Of a DNA stretch of 36,936 bases, positions 1 to 10,457 are shown piece by piece. Below the pieces are notes generated by a model. The model was not told the origin of the DNA. It did not search any database and saw only the letters and a list, made by a program, of their open reading frames with translations. Each line of letters opens with the position of its first letter. Position 1 is the stretch's first letter. Source of the DNA: Myxococcota bacterium (GTDB lineage: Bacteria > Myxococcota_A > UBA9160 > UBA4427); the NCBI GenBank assembly GCA_036336835.1, contig JAYZFK010000001.1, forward strand, positions 1-36,936. Direction: 5' to 3'. The position numbers were made by a program, and so were the translations under genes.

Positions 1-299
1 GCGTCCGGGTCGTCGCTCGCCATTGCGAAGTGCGTAATGCCTTCGCGGTGCACGGGACGCTTGGTGTCCCCTGCCTCCGACGAGTTGAACTCGAACAGCT
101 CGATGCACGAGTTGCCCTTCTGGATCATCCGGACCTTGCAGCCGGCGTCGTCGATCCCGAAGGCCTCGTTCATCGGTGCGATGCCCGAAGGGATGTCTGC
201 TTGCATGCAGAGCTCGAAGCCCAGCACCTCGCAGTAGAAATCGAGAGCCTTCTGCATGTCGGGTACGGCGAGCGCGGGGTGGTGGACGCCCAGGATCAT
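1..299 (-). CDS. VOC/glyoxalase family protein, 3' end runs off the window
   Basis: Not in the ORF track. Manual translation gives MILGVHHPALAVPDMQKALDFYCEVLGF...IELFEF...GITHFAM, with the VOC His/Glu/His pattern. AGGAGG lies 5 nt upstream of the ATG at 299. Confidence 0.88.
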   Translation of the reverse strand, partial: MILGVHHPALAVPDMQKALDFYCEVLGFELCMQADIPSGIAPMNEAFGIDDAGCKVRMIQKGNSCIELFEFNSSEAGDTKRPVHREGITHFAMASDDPD

Positions 300-382
300 C
301 ACGACCTCCTTCCGCCGGAGTTCGGCGAGGCCGGAGCATACCCGGCTCCGCGCCGTTCGTCGCAGGACTCGCGCGCCGAGGC

Positions 383-2611
383 TCAGCTCGCCTGGTCGAC
401 AAAGATCGGCGACGACCAGGCGCGTTCCTCGGTTTCTGCGAGGCACTCGTCCGCATCGGGGTGCTGCGAGCAGGCGTCGACTTCGACACAGCGCCCCGAG
501 GCATCGTAGCGGCAGCCGAGCGGGTCGGCGCCGACGGACTGGCTCGGCGCCTCGATCGCACGCACGTAGTAGACCGCGTCGCGGCCGGCAGACAGGAACT
601 CGGTATCCGTGAACGCCACCTGGCATCCGGCGGGGTCGCCCGGGCAATCGTGCACCTGCCAGGGATCCTCGATCAGCGGCGTCAGCTCCTCGCCCGCGCG
701 CTGCTGCGGGCGGATGCGCACGACCTCGATTCGCGTGATCGGGCGGCGCGTGTCGCCCGGGTGGTAGCACTCGCCCTGACACATGCGGGCGAGGGCATCC
801 GCGCTCAGCGCGTCGGCCGCGTCCGCGGGGCAGCCTGGCTTCTGCTCGTAGCTGCCGACCGCGCGCACCTGGAAGATAGGCGGCCGAGCGAGCTCGACCT
901 GGCTGCCCATCGGGGCGCGCCGTCCACTCGGGGGGTTCAACAAGTCGAACCAGAGCAGGATTCGCGGGCCGCTGGTGCCGTAGACCTCCTTGCGTTGCAT
1001 CGCGTCCCAGATGGCCTCGCGGCTGCGTCCTTCGGCGTGGACGGCCGCGAGCCCCCCGTTGAGGAAGAACGATGCGGCGCGCTCGGTCTCGAAGACCGAG
1101 AAGATCTCGGTGGTGAATTCGCGGGTCGCCTCCTCTGAGCGAGCGGTGGGGTCGCGGTCGTCGCGCGATGCGAGGGGAGTGTCGACCAACCTTGCGAAGC
1201 GCGCCTCGGTGAACTCCGAGCGCGCGACCTCCTTGTAGCCCGTGCCGGGTCGCGCCGAGTGGTTGTCGCTCGATGCGATGAAGCCGAAACGGAAGCGATC
1301 CACGCCGTTGGCTGCCTCGGGGCGCGACAAGCCGAGGATGTACTGCGCGGAGCTCTTCGGCCGGTAGTTGAACGCTGGCTGGAAGCAATCGCGACACTGG
1401 CCGGCATCCTGCCAGTCGGCGATCGTGGCGCCCGGCACCACCACCCCGCCGCCGTTGCGGTAGGCATCGACGAAGTGCTGTCGCGCCGTGGCCGCGCGCT
1501 GCTCGCATTCGTCCACGGACTCGCCCAGCGCGAGGCAGCGCTCGGAGATCAGCTCACCCGCGCGCCAGCACGCGGGCAGGTAGTTCTCGTTGGGCTCGGG
1601 GCATCGACTCGAGCCGTCGGCGTCGAAGATCACCTCGCGAAACGGTCGGTACTCCTCCGAGTTGCCGTGGCCCGACATGACCTCGATCAACCCCTGGCGC
1701 GCGGGGTCGTGCTGGCCGGGGGCGAGCTGCTTGTCCCACGACGAGCCGAGAGGCGTGTAGAAGCCCCAGCTGGTTCCGTGCGGGATCACCATCGTCTGGT
1801 GGCCCCAGTCGTCGAGCTTGGCAAACAGCTGGCTCGGCGTTGGCGCGGATTCACGGCAGTCGAGCGGCAGGTCGCGCACCGGTACGTCGCGTGGGCACTC
1901 GCGAATCGCCGTCGTCTCGGCGAGGTAGCGCGCGAGCTCGGGGCCGCCCTGGTTCCACTCGACTGCGGCCAGCAGGCCGGTCAGAAAAGGCGAGGGGTTG
2001 ATCTCTTCCAGGGGCGGGGTGCCTTCCGGGAGGCCGGCGCTGATCGGGCGGGCGGGAATTCGCCCGTCGTCGAGATCCCGCAGGATCACGTTCTTGTGGC
2101 CCCAGTGCTTGTCCGCCGTCCAGCCGACCTGTGTCCATTCCCATCCCAGATAGGCCACGGTGTCGGGATTGCTCGGGTCGCTCGACACTGCGTTGCACTG
2201 GCGAACCGTGTCGACGGTCTCTGCCCAGCGCCTCGGGCTCAGCGCCACGGCGTGGTCGTTGATCGACCAGAAGTCGAGCGCCGAGCAGTGGCGCGCGTAA
2301 TCGCAGGCGTCCGCGATCGGGTGAGCGCCGTCGCCACCCGCCATCGGCAGGCTCATCTGGAAGGCGTCGAACGAGAACGTGCTGTGCACGTGGAGGTCTC
2401 CGAACAGGATCTGTTTGGGCCGCACGACGTCGACGCCGCGGGCGGCCTCGTCGATGCGGGCCGCGCGCGAGGCGATCAGCTCGCTCGCGACCTCGCGCGC
2501 GGCCGGGGAGCCACTCGTCGGCTCCTCGGCGAAGTAGCCGAGGCCTGCGGCGTAGAGCAAGGCCAGCAGGGCCGCGATCACGACGACGAAAACGAGAACG
2601 ATGTTGCGCAT
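383..2611 (-). CDS. DUF3604 domain protein (PHP-like metallohydrolase) with N-terminal signal/anchor
   Basis: Motifs FGDLHVHSTFSFDA, INDHA, ASSDNHSARPG, YGTSGPRI, YYVRAIE and C-terminal ERAWSSPIF. Hydrophobic N-terminus and GGGAG RBS. Confidence 0.88.
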   Translation of the reverse strand: MRNIVLVFVVVIAALLALLYAAGLGYFAEEPTSGSPAAREVASELIASRAARIDEAARGVDVVRPKQILFGDLHVHSTFSFDAFQMSLPMAGGDGAHPIADACDYARHCSALDFWSINDHAVALSPRRWAETVDTVRQCNAVSSDPSNPDTVAYLGWEWTQVGWTADKHWGHKNVILRDLDDGRIPARPISAGLPEGTPPLEEINPSPFLTGLLAAVEWNQGGPELARYLAETTAIRECPRDVPVRDLPLDCRESAPTPSQLFAKLDDWGHQTMVIPHGTSWGFYTPLGSSWDKQLAPGQHDPARQGLIEVMSGHGNSEEYRPFREVIFDADGSSRCPEPNENYLPACWRAGELISERCLALGESVDECEQRAATARQHFVDAYRNGGGVVVPGATIADWQDAGQCRDCFQPAFNYRPKSSAQYILGLSRPEAANGVDRFRFGFIASSDNHSARPGTGYKEVARSEFTEARFARLVDTPLASRDDRDPTARSEEATREFTTEIFSVFETERAASFFLNGGLAAVHAEGRSREAIWDAMQRKEVYGTSGPRILLWFDLLNPPSGRRAPMGSQVELARPPIFQVRAVGSYEQKPGCPADAADALSADALARMCQGECYHPGDTRRPITRIEVVRIRPQQRAGEELTPLIEDPWQVHDCPGDPAGCQVAFTDTEFLSAGRDAVYYVRAIEAPSQSVGADPLGCRYDASGRCVEVDACSQHPDADECLAETEERAWSSPIFVDQAS

Positions 2612-2843
2612 GGGACTCCCAGGGCGGTTGGCTTACGGTGCGAAGGGGCGCGCCGCGGCGCTCATCTTGAGGCGGCACGCGTCCAGCGGCAACCCCGACG
2701 TGCTCCGCGCCCGCCGAGCGGCCCATTTCGGTTAGCCTGATCCGCGGCCAGGCGCTCCCGGAGCGCGCCCCGGCGGTCTGATCGACGCGCAGCACTGTCT
2801 CACTACTCGCGATCGCCGAGCTCGGCCGCAGAGGAGGGTTGGA

Positions 2844-4331
2844 ATGCCGATCTCGCGCCCGAGCAGGACTGCACTGGCCACGCTCGCCGAGTCGCTCGGC
2901 TTCCATCTCGAGGGCGCCGAGCTCGATCAGCAGGCCGAGCTCGTGGGCACCTTCATCGGCGCGTTCGACCGCGTCGAGGCGCTGCCGGAGCCCGAGCGTC
3001 CGGTGCCCGCGCGGCGCGAGCACTGTGCTCCAGATCCCGAAGAGAACCCGCACGGAGCGTGGGTCCGCCGCACATCGGTCCGCGAACGCGAAGGCGGTAG
3101 GCTCGCGGGCCGCCGCGTTGCGCTGAAGGACAACATCGCGCTTGCCGGAGTCCCGATGTCCGGCGGCACGTCCTTCCTGCAGGGCTACGTGCCCGAGCAG
3201 GATGCGACCGTCGTGCGGCGAGTGCTCGACGAGGGCGGCGAGATCGTCGGCAAGGCGGCGTGCGAGTATCTATCGCTCTCGGCTGGCAGTCACACCAGCT
3301 CCAGCGGCGTCGTGCACAACCCGCGCGATCCGTCGCGTTCGACGGGGGGCTCGTCCTCGGGTTGCGCAGCCGCCCTGGCGGCAGGCGAGGTCGACTTTGC
3401 GATCGGCGGCGATCAGGGCGGCTCGATTCGCTTCCCCGCCGCTCACTGCGGCATCGTCGGTCTGAAGCCCACGCACGGGCTCGTGCCGTACACGGGAATC
3501 CTGTCGATCGACGCCCACCTCGATCACACCGGGCCCATGACGACGAACGTCGCCGACAACGCGCTGCTGCTCGAGGTGATTGCCGGACCGGACGGGATCG
3601 ACACCCGACAGCAGTACGTGCGGACCGATCGTTATGCGGCTGCTGCGGGACGCGATGCCGTCGGGCTGCGTGTCGGCGTGCTCGAGGAAGGCTTCCCCGA
3701 TTCCGTCGAGCCGGGCGTCGAGCGCACGGTGCGAGCATCGTCAGAGACACTGGCTGGGGCCGGCGCGCACGTCGAAGCCGTTTCGATCCCGAGCCATCCA
3801 GAGCTGGGAGCGGCAGCGGTTCCCTTCCTGATCCTGGGCGGCTTCGAGCTGGTGTGTGGCGGCGGCTTCGCGACGCACGCCAACCTGCCCGTGCCCTTCG
3901 GCCTCGCCGAGGCCTTCGAGCGCTGGCACGAGCACGCCGACGCCATGCCCGCCAATGTCAAGAGCATGCTGCTGGCAGGCGCCATCGCCCAGCGGAGCGG
4001 TTCGCGCCCGCACTACGCCAAGGCCCTGCGTCTGCGAGCCGCCGCCCGCGCTGCCTACGACCAGGCCCTGCGCAGTCTCGACGCGCTCCTGATGCCCACC
4101 ACCACCTGCACCGCGCCGCCGTTACCCGCGCCGGATGCGAACGCCTTCGAGGTGTTTGCCGCGGGAGGAGCGGGCATCGCGAACACGTCGCAGTTCGACG
4201 TCTCCGGCCACCCCGCCATATCGGTACCGTGCGGCGAAGCGGCCGGGCTACCCGTTGGCTGCATGCTCGTCGCACGTCACTGCGACGAGGCGATTCTGTA
4301 CCGGCTCGCCGCGGCCATCGAGCGCGGTTGA
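2844..4331 (+). CDS. Amidase signature family enzyme
   Basis: ALKDN (catalytic Lys), TGGSSSG, GGDQGGSIRFPA, GIVGLKPTHG, GHPAISVP. GAGGAGG RBS. Confidence 0.93.
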   Translation: MPISRPSRTALATLAESLGFHLEGAELDQQAELVGTFIGAFDRVEALPEPERPVPARREHCAPDPEENPHGAWVRRTSVREREGGRLAGRRVALKDNIALAGVPMSGGTSFLQGYVPEQDATVVRRVLDEGGEIVGKAACEYLSLSAGSHTSSSGVVHNPRDPSRSTGGSSSGCAAALAAGEVDFAIGGDQGGSIRFPAAHCGIVGLKPTHGLVPYTGILSIDAHLDHTGPMTTNVADNALLLEVIAGPDGIDTRQQYVRTDRYAAAAGRDAVGLRVGVLEEGFPDSVEPGVERTVRASSETLAGAGAHVEAVSIPSHPELGAAAVPFLILGGFELVCGGGFATHANLPVPFGLAEAFERWHEHADAMPANVKSMLLAGAIAQRSGSRPHYAKALRLRAAARAAYDQALRSLDALLMPTTTCTAPPLPAPDANAFEVFAAGGAGIANTSQFDVSGHPAISVPCGEAAGLPVGCMLVARHCDEAILYRLAAAIERG

Positions 4332-4352
4332 CGGGCAATTGCTGGGAGTCGG

Positions 4353-5816
4353 ATGAGGTTCTCGAAATCGGCATGGCTCGGACACGGCACCTGGATCGCC
4401 GTCCTGTTCGGCCTTCTCGCGGGCTTGCACGTCGCGATGCCGCACTTCTTTGACGCCGACACCGGCTATCACCTGGCGGTCGCACGGCTGACAGCCGAGC
4501 ACGGGATCCTGCAGGCCTTTCCGTGGACGCCGTTCAGCTGGCTGGCCGACCACTACGCCGACAAGGAGCCGCTGTTCCACTGGCTCCTGGTGCCCGTGGC
4601 CGGGCTGGCGCCCGCCCTTGCGGCCGGCATTGCGGGCGCGCTGCTCGGCACTGGCGTGCTCGCGATCCTCTACCTCCTGCTCGTCACGGAGCGCGTTCCG
4701 GCCTCGGGCTGGTGGGCCATTCTGCCGCTCGCGGCTTCGTCGGCGTTCGTCTACCGGCTCGCGCTCGTTCGTCCACATCTATTGTCGATCGCTCTGGCGC
4801 TCGTCATCAGCTGGAGCGCGGTACGAGCTCGATGGCTCGTCCTGGCCGTTGCCTGCTTCCTGTTTCCGCTCTGTTATACGGCGTGGCATCTGCCGGTCGT
4901 CCTGATCGTCATCGTCGAGGCCGCTCGCTGGATCAGCGTCCGGGAGATCGAGTGGCGCACCGCGCCGGTCGCGCTTGCGGCGCTGGCTGTCGGGATCCTG
5001 CTGCATCCGAACTTCCCGGCGAACCTCGAGCTCTTCTGGATCCAGAACGTAACCGTGCTCGTCGGCACCGTCTGGGCCGAGCGGGCCGGCTTCGAGATGG
5101 GCCAGGAGTTCGAGCCGTTCGACCCGGTCGGTCTCTTCCTGTACATGCTCTGGCCGACGGTGCTCATGCTCGGTGCCGCGGCGTTCGCGTGGCGCAGGCG
5201 TCAGGAAGACGTCCTGGCGACCGCCCTCGCCGGGCTCGCGATCGCGTTCTTCATCATCTCGCTGCGCACGCAGCGCTTCATCGAGTACTTCGTGCCATTT
5301 TCGGTCTTCGCCCTGGCCGTCGCCTGGCGGCCGGCGGTCGAGCGCAGGGTCGCGCCGTTTCTCGTAGTGATCGGAACCCTCTGGATCGGCCTCGTTGCGC
5401 GCGATCCGATCGAGCGGCTGCTCACACGGCAAGACTTGTTCCCGACCGATGTCGCGGCGCAGCTGGGCGCGACGGTGGGCGAGGACGAACAGGTGGTGAC
5501 ATGCGGTTGGGGCTTTACGGGCGAGATGATGCTGGCGCTGCCAGAGCGCAAATTCTTGGTCGCGCTGGATCCGGTCTTCTTTGCGATGCAGGACGACGAT
5601 CTCTATCGACTCTGGTTCGAGACGATGCACGAGCCGGTGGTGGGCTCCGCCAGCGTGCTGCGAGAGAGCTTTGCCGCCCGTTACGTCCTGTGCAGGACGG
5701 ATCGCAAGTGGAGACCGATCCTCGATGCGCTGGGCGCCGACCCGGAAGCGGCCCTGCGCGGCGTTCACGGTGAGTGGATCGTCTTCGAGCTGCTACCGCC
5801 CGGCGCGCGCTCGTAG
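4353..5816 (+). CDS. Multi-pass membrane protein, probable GT-C (ArnT/PMT-like) glycosyltransferase-related
   Basis: About 10-12 hydrophobic segments, an acidic first loop (DADTGYHL), RPH and QRFIEY motifs, and a soluble C-terminal domain. Confidence 0.6.
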   Translation: MRFSKSAWLGHGTWIAVLFGLLAGLHVAMPHFFDADTGYHLAVARLTAEHGILQAFPWTPFSWLADHYADKEPLFHWLLVPVAGLAPALAAGIAGALLGTGVLAILYLLLVTERVPASGWWAILPLAASSAFVYRLALVRPHLLSIALALVISWSAVRARWLVLAVACFLFPLCYTAWHLPVVLIVIVEAARWISVREIEWRTAPVALAALAVGILLHPNFPANLELFWIQNVTVLVGTVWAERAGFEMGQEFEPFDPVGLFLYMLWPTVLMLGAAAFAWRRRQEDVLATALAGLAIAFFIISLRTQRFIEYFVPFSVFALAVAWRPAVERRVAPFLVVIGTLWIGLVARDPIERLLTRQDLFPTDVAAQLGATVGEDEQVVTCGWGFTGEMMLALPERKFLVALDPVFFAMQDDDLYRLWFETMHEPVVGSASVLRESFAARYVLCRTDRKWRPILDALGADPEAALRGVHGEWIVFELLPPGARS

Positions 5817-5885
5817 CCTGGCACGAGCTCGCCCGGCGCCCAGCGGCGAAGCGGGCCGGGTGCCCGAAAGCCCTGTGATTCGGGG

Positions 5886-7109
5886 TCAGACCTCGAGGCG
5901 GACGTCTCCGCGACCGAAGAAGATGGGTTTGATGCCATGGGCGGCTACCGCTCGCACGGGCGCGGAGCGGAGCAGGCGAGGCAGCATCGATCGAAGCATC
6001 GAGCCCAAACCGGTGTGGCTCATCAGGATTCTCGGTGGGATCGCCTGCATGCGCTGGATCAGAGCCAGTTCGGGCAGGCGCTCGCGCTCGACCGCTTGTG
6101 TGGCGGTGTCGATGACCGCCGGGTCTCCTGTCGCGAGCGCGGGCACGAGGTGATTGGCAGCAACGACGGCGTCGCGCAGCGCGATGTTGATGCCCTGGCC
6201 CCCGACCGGCGACATCGTGTGTGCTGCGTCGCCGATCACGAGCGCACCGGGAATCGCCCAGCGAACGACCCGGTCCGAGACGGCTGAGAGCAGGAAGGGA
6301 TGGGTGAGCGCTCCGCGATGAGCGCTCAGGTGCGCGGCGAGATCGGGTGTCACGTGCTCCGATATCTCGGCGATCCAGTCTTCGACGCCGCGCCGGCGCA
6401 GCTCGCCGAAGGTCCCCTTCGTGATCACCCAGGCGACCTGCAGCAGCCCCCCTGGCGCGCGGTATGCGATCAGCAGGTGTGCGCGACCGATATAGCCGCG
6501 CATCGGTGCGTTGCCGGACATGAAATCCGGCAGCGGCAGCTTGAACCAGACGACGTCGACGTCGACGCCATGACGCCGAGCCTCGATCCCGGCGAGTCGG
6601 CGTACGGCCGAGGCGCGCCCGTCCGCGCCGATCACGAGATCGGCCCTCAGCTCGAGCTCGCTGCCCTCGCGCCTTGCCTGGACGCCCGTCACGCGCCCGT
6701 CGCTGTAGAGCAGATCCCCGACACTGGCGCCGATCTCGACCTGAAAGCTCGTATGTCCCCGCGCGGCCGCGACCACGGACTCGAGGAAGTCTGGCTGTGA
6801 GAACGCGATCGGCGGGTTCGGTCCGCCGATGTCGGGGTCGAAAGCGACCTGGAAGATCCGCTCTGCGTTCGCGTACAACTCGAACGCTGCGAGTTTCGAG
6901 TGGGGAACGCCATCGAACACGGCGCGGAGGCCCATCTGATCGAGGGCCGCTAGGCCGCTCGGCAGCAGTACCTCGCCGCGAAATTCGCGCGAGAAGTCGC
7001 GCTGTCTCTCGAGCAGCGTGACGTCGACACCACGGGAGGCGAGGAGATAGGCGAGCGTCGCGCCTGCCGGGCCAGCACCCACTACGATCACCGAGCCAGC
7101 GCCGGACAT
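5886..7109 (-). CDS. FAD-dependent monooxygenase/oxidoreductase (UbiH/PHBH-like)
   Basis: VVGAGPAG, IGADGRAS, IGDAAHTMSPVGGQGINIALRDA. Start placed at ATG 7109 after a GAGGAGG RBS. Confidence 0.9.
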   Translation of the reverse strand: MSGAGSVIVVGAGPAGATLAYLLASRGVDVTLLERQRDFSREFRGEVLLPSGLAALDQMGLRAVFDGVPHSKLAAFELYANAERIFQVAFDPDIGGPNPPIAFSQPDFLESVVAAARGHTSFQVEIGASVGDLLYSDGRVTGVQARREGSELELRADLVIGADGRASAVRRLAGIEARRHGVDVDVVWFKLPLPDFMSGNAPMRGYIGRAHLLIAYRAPGGLLQVAWVITKGTFGELRRRGVEDWIAEISEHVTPDLAAHLSAHRGALTHPFLLSAVSDRVVRWAIPGALVIGDAAHTMSPVGGQGINIALRDAVVAANHLVPALATGDPAVIDTATQAVERERLPELALIQRMQAIPPRILMSHTGLGSMLRSMLPRLLRSAPVRAVAAHGIKPIFFGRGDVRLEV

Positions 7110-7134
7110 CGTAGCCTCCTCGCGTCTCAACGCT

Positions 7135-8631
7135 TCAGGAACGGGATCGGCTGGCGGCCGCCGCGCCGGCGAGCTTACCGAAGAAGGTGCAGTCGCCGAG
7201 CGACATTCCCGAGCTGTAGTTCTCTCCCGAACGTGGCAGCCCGCACGAAGTCCGCCCGGCTGCGTAGAGACCGGGAATCAACTCTCGATCGATCGTCATC
7301 ACCTCGCCCGTCGGGCGCGTGCTCAGACCGCCGAGTGTGAAGAACGGATAGAACGCCTCCCCGAGATGACACGCGAGGGCAGCGAAGGGTGGCCGGTCGA
7401 GCGGCTTCAGCCAGGCCGCCGTCTTGTGGAAGAGCGGATCCTCACCCTTGGCCGCGTGCTGGTTGTGCACGCTCACCGTGTTGACGAGCGCGCCCTCGAC
7501 CATCCCGAGCTCGCGCTCGATCTCCGCCCAGCTCTCCCCCACGACCGCAATCTGGATCCGCGAGAGCTCGGTCGGCTGTTCGAAGATCTCATCGTCGACC
7601 AGCAGATAGATCTTGTCGCCGACCTGACGAGTGCAGTGCACCGCAACGCGTCCGGGATAGGCGTCTTCGTTGGTGAAGCGTTGGCCCGCTTCGTTCACGA
7701 GGATGCCCTTCACATGCGACTCGGGAGGGTAGATCGGCAGCGTCATGAACAGCTCGTCCATGTGGATGGCCGCGCCGCCGACGCTCTGCCCCAGGCGGAT
7801 GCCGCTGCCGTCGTCGTTGCCGGCGCTCAGGCTGTCGTCGGCGAGGCGGGCTGCCTGCGGGGCGTACCGGCGCATCATCTCCTTGTTCAGGACGAAGCCG
7901 CCGGCGCACAGGACCACGCCATTGCGCGCGCGGGCGAAACGGTACTCGCCCTCCATGCGAAGCACGACGCCGTGTACTGCGAGCTCGTCGTCCGCGATCA
8001 GCGCGACGGCTCGCGCGTCGTAGTGCACTTCGCCGCCGAGCTCTCCGACGCGCTTGGCGAGCGTGTCGACCAGCAGCCGACCGCCCATCTCTCCGACGAC
8101 TTCCGGCAGGTGTCCGCGAGGGCAGGGCTTTGCCTGGCGATGGAAGGGCCAGGCGATTTCGTTGCCCGACCAGATCAGGCAGTCGCCGGTCCCCGGTGCT
8201 TGGACCTTGCCCGGTAGATGGCTCGTGCGATAGGGGATGCCCTGTTCGGTCAGCCACGCGTAGTGGTCGAGGGCACTTTCCGCGTACAGGCGCGTGCGCT
8301 CCTCGTCGGCGTCGGGTCCGCCCGCCATCATCATGTAGCGGAAGAAGTCCTCGGTCGAGTCCTCGAAGCCGTTGGCTCGCTGAGCGGGTGTGCCGCCGTT
8401 GCCGCCGAGGTAGATGTCGCCCCCCGCCATCGCGCTGGTGCCGCCGCTGCCCGAGGCGACCTCGAAGAGCGTCACGGATGCACCGTTGGTGAGGGCACCG
8501 ATCGCCACCGAGGCCCCGGCCGCGCCGAAGCCGATGATGACGACGTCGGTCTCGAAGTTCCAGCTCTCCACATCGCCCAGGCGGCACGGGCGAGAGGGAG
8601 AGAAGCGGCCGGGTGTTGCGGTGCTGGGCAC
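7135..8631 (-). CDS. FAD-dependent oxidoreductase, 3-ketosteroid dehydrogenase/fumarate-reductase flavoprotein family
   Basis: DVVIIGFGAAG, GGTSAMAGG, VVLCAGGF, FTLGGL, IPGLYAAG, YSSGMSLG. Confidence 0.85.
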   Translation of the reverse strand: MPSTATPGRFSPSRPCRLGDVESWNFETDVVIIGFGAAGASVAIGALTNGASVTLFEVASGSGGTSAMAGGDIYLGGNGGTPAQRANGFEDSTEDFFRYMMMAGGPDADEERTRLYAESALDHYAWLTEQGIPYRTSHLPGKVQAPGTGDCLIWSGNEIAWPFHRQAKPCPRGHLPEVVGEMGGRLLVDTLAKRVGELGGEVHYDARAVALIADDELAVHGVVLRMEGEYRFARARNGVVLCAGGFVLNKEMMRRYAPQAARLADDSLSAGNDDGSGIRLGQSVGGAAIHMDELFMTLPIYPPESHVKGILVNEAGQRFTNEDAYPGRVAVHCTRQVGDKIYLLVDDEIFEQPTELSRIQIAVVGESWAEIERELGMVEGALVNTVSVHNQHAAKGEDPLFHKTAAWLKPLDRPPFAALACHLGEAFYPFFTLGGLSTRPTGEVMTIDRELIPGLYAAGRTSCGLPRSGENYSSGMSLGDCTFFGKLAGAAAASRSRS

Positions 8632-8813
8632 TTCCGGATCCTTTGGGGTCTCGCTCTACGAGCGAGCGCCTCCTCGCGGGCGAGCGTGGACAAGGCGAGG
8701 AGAATCGTACAGGGTTCACTCGTCGAGCGGTCCCGAGAAGTCGAGTGGGTCCGCGGTCCTGGCCCGAAGGCGTGCGGGCCGGGACGTCCGTCGAAGCGCC
8801 GGGGAGAGCGACC

Positions 8814-9950
8814 GTGGGTCAGAGCGAAGCCGAGCAGCGAATCATGGACGGGAGTGCCTGGAACGACTTCTGCGACGAGCTCAAGGAGATCGGCCAGCTC
8901 GTGTTCCGGCCCGAGGTTCCCGCCGATCCCTTCAACCGCGCCCTGGGCTTCCGCCATCTCCTGCGGCTCCTGCGCGGCGGGATCGAATCCGCCATCGACT
9001 ACGCCGACCCGCAGTACCCCGCGTTCTTTCGTCTGGCGGACGAGACGAAGGGTGTCCTCAATGACAACCCCGACAACTACTACGAGAATTGCGTGATCGA
9101 CGGCCGCTTCGACTATCGAATCACCGGCAAGCGCGGAACCGTTCCCTGGTTCAGCATCGGTACGAAGGCGAGCTCGGGTGAGGTCGCCGGCATGGTCAGC
9201 ACGGGCGAGCTCGACGGGACGCAGATCGATTTTGCCGACGATGGCACCTTCGAAATCATCATCAGCAAGAACGAGCAGTCGGGCAACTGGCTGCCTGCCA
9301 CTGACGAGACGCGCATGGCGATCGTGCGCCAGACCTTCGGCGATCGCAAAAAGGAAGCGATCAGTCAGCTCGAGATCGAGTGCCTGAACCCTGAGCGATC
9401 GAACAACACCCTCGAGCCCGGCGCTCTCGAGGCGCAGATGAAGCAGGCGCTCGGCTTCGTTGCAAGCACGACCACGCTCGGAATCGACTGGATGCAGCGC
9501 TACAAGACCAAGCACTTCAACGCGCTGCCCGAAGACGATCAGGCGCTCTGCCACGCAGCGGGAGGCGATCCCAACATCCACTACTACCAGAGCTACTGGG
9601 ATCTCGCCCCGGACCAGGCGCTGCTGGTGCACCTGACGGACATTCCCGAGTGCCAGACCTGGAACTTGCAGATTTCCGATTATTGGATGGAATCGCTCGA
9701 CTTCCGCTTCTTCCAGATCTCGGTAAACCGGTTTACGGCGACCTACGAGGAGGACGGATCGGTCTACGTCGTCATCTCCGAGCGGGACCCCGGCCCGCGC
9801 TATCCGAACTGGCTGCGCACGCTGGGCCACGGGCAGGGCGGCATGCTGGGCCGATACGTGGGCGCGAAGAATCCGCCCAGGGAGATGGCTTCGACGATCG
9901 TGAAGGTTTCCGAGCTGCAGAGCGCATCAGATGGCGCCGCGGGCAGCTGA
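8814..9950 (+). CDS. DUF1214 domain-containing protein
   Basis: AWNDFCDELK, DNPDNYY, YRITGKRG, DGTFEIII, WMESLDFR, NWLRTLGH. GTG start at 8814 after GGGGAG; ATG 8844 is an alternative. Confidence 0.8.
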   Translation: MGQSEAEQRIMDGSAWNDFCDELKEIGQLVFRPEVPADPFNRALGFRHLLRLLRGGIESAIDYADPQYPAFFRLADETKGVLNDNPDNYYENCVIDGRFDYRITGKRGTVPWFSIGTKASSGEVAGMVSTGELDGTQIDFADDGTFEIIISKNEQSGNWLPATDETRMAIVRQTFGDRKKEAISQLEIECLNPERSNNTLEPGALEAQMKQALGFVASTTTLGIDWMQRYKTKHFNALPEDDQALCHAAGGDPNIHYYQSYWDLAPDQALLVHLTDIPECQTWNLQISDYWMESLDFRFFQISVNRFTATYEEDGSVYVVISERDPGPRYPNWLRTLGHGQGGMLGRYVGAKNPPREMASTIVKVSELQSASDGAAGS

Positions 9951-10028
9951 AGGTTCACCCGCGAAGGACCGCGCTTCGATCACTTGGAACTGGCCGTGAG
10001 CCCGCGTCGAGCGGCCTGGGCCGGGTTC

Positions 10029-10457
10029 CTACTGGGCTCCCGCGCCGCGGAGCCGGGCGTAGTTCTGGTGGGTCTCGCCCCGCTCCTGTCGGAACAGGGT
10101 GTGCTCCAGCCAGCCGTACTTCTCGACGAAGGCATCGTCGATGCGGGCCCTCTCTTCGTGCTCCGTCACGACCTCGGCGCGCACCGGATAGTCGATGCCG
10201 AGCAGACGGATCCTCGAGCTCGCGTCGCGCTCGAGGTTCTGCCACCAGCGGCTGTTGCCGGTCCGCAGCGCGCCCCGGCCATCGAGTGTGGCGAGCCAGA
10301 TCCGGGTGACGCGCTCGCCGCCGTCCGGATCGAGCGTCACGATGTGGAGCGACCAGCGATCGTCTGCCGCCCGCCAGTCGATCGGCTGCTGTGCGATCGG
10401 CACGGCCGACGCGCAGGCGAGACCGAGCACCCCGACGATCGACCAGAAGCTCCTCAT
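10029..10457 (-). CDS. DUF2255-like / split-barrel (PNPOx-like) protein with putative lipoprotein signal
   Basis: IVTLDPDG..RVTRIW, WWQNL and IDDAFVEKYG resemble DUF2255 and deazaflavin-reductase-like proteins. The N-terminus ends in a lipobox-like LGLAC. Confidence 0.6.
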   Translation of the reverse strand: MRSFWSIVGVLGLACASAVPIAQQPIDWRAADDRWSLHIVTLDPDGGERVTRIWLATLDGRGALRTGNSRWWQNLERDASSRIRLLGIDYPVRAEVVTEHEERARIDDAFVEKYGWLEHTLFRQERGETHQNYARLRGAGAQ

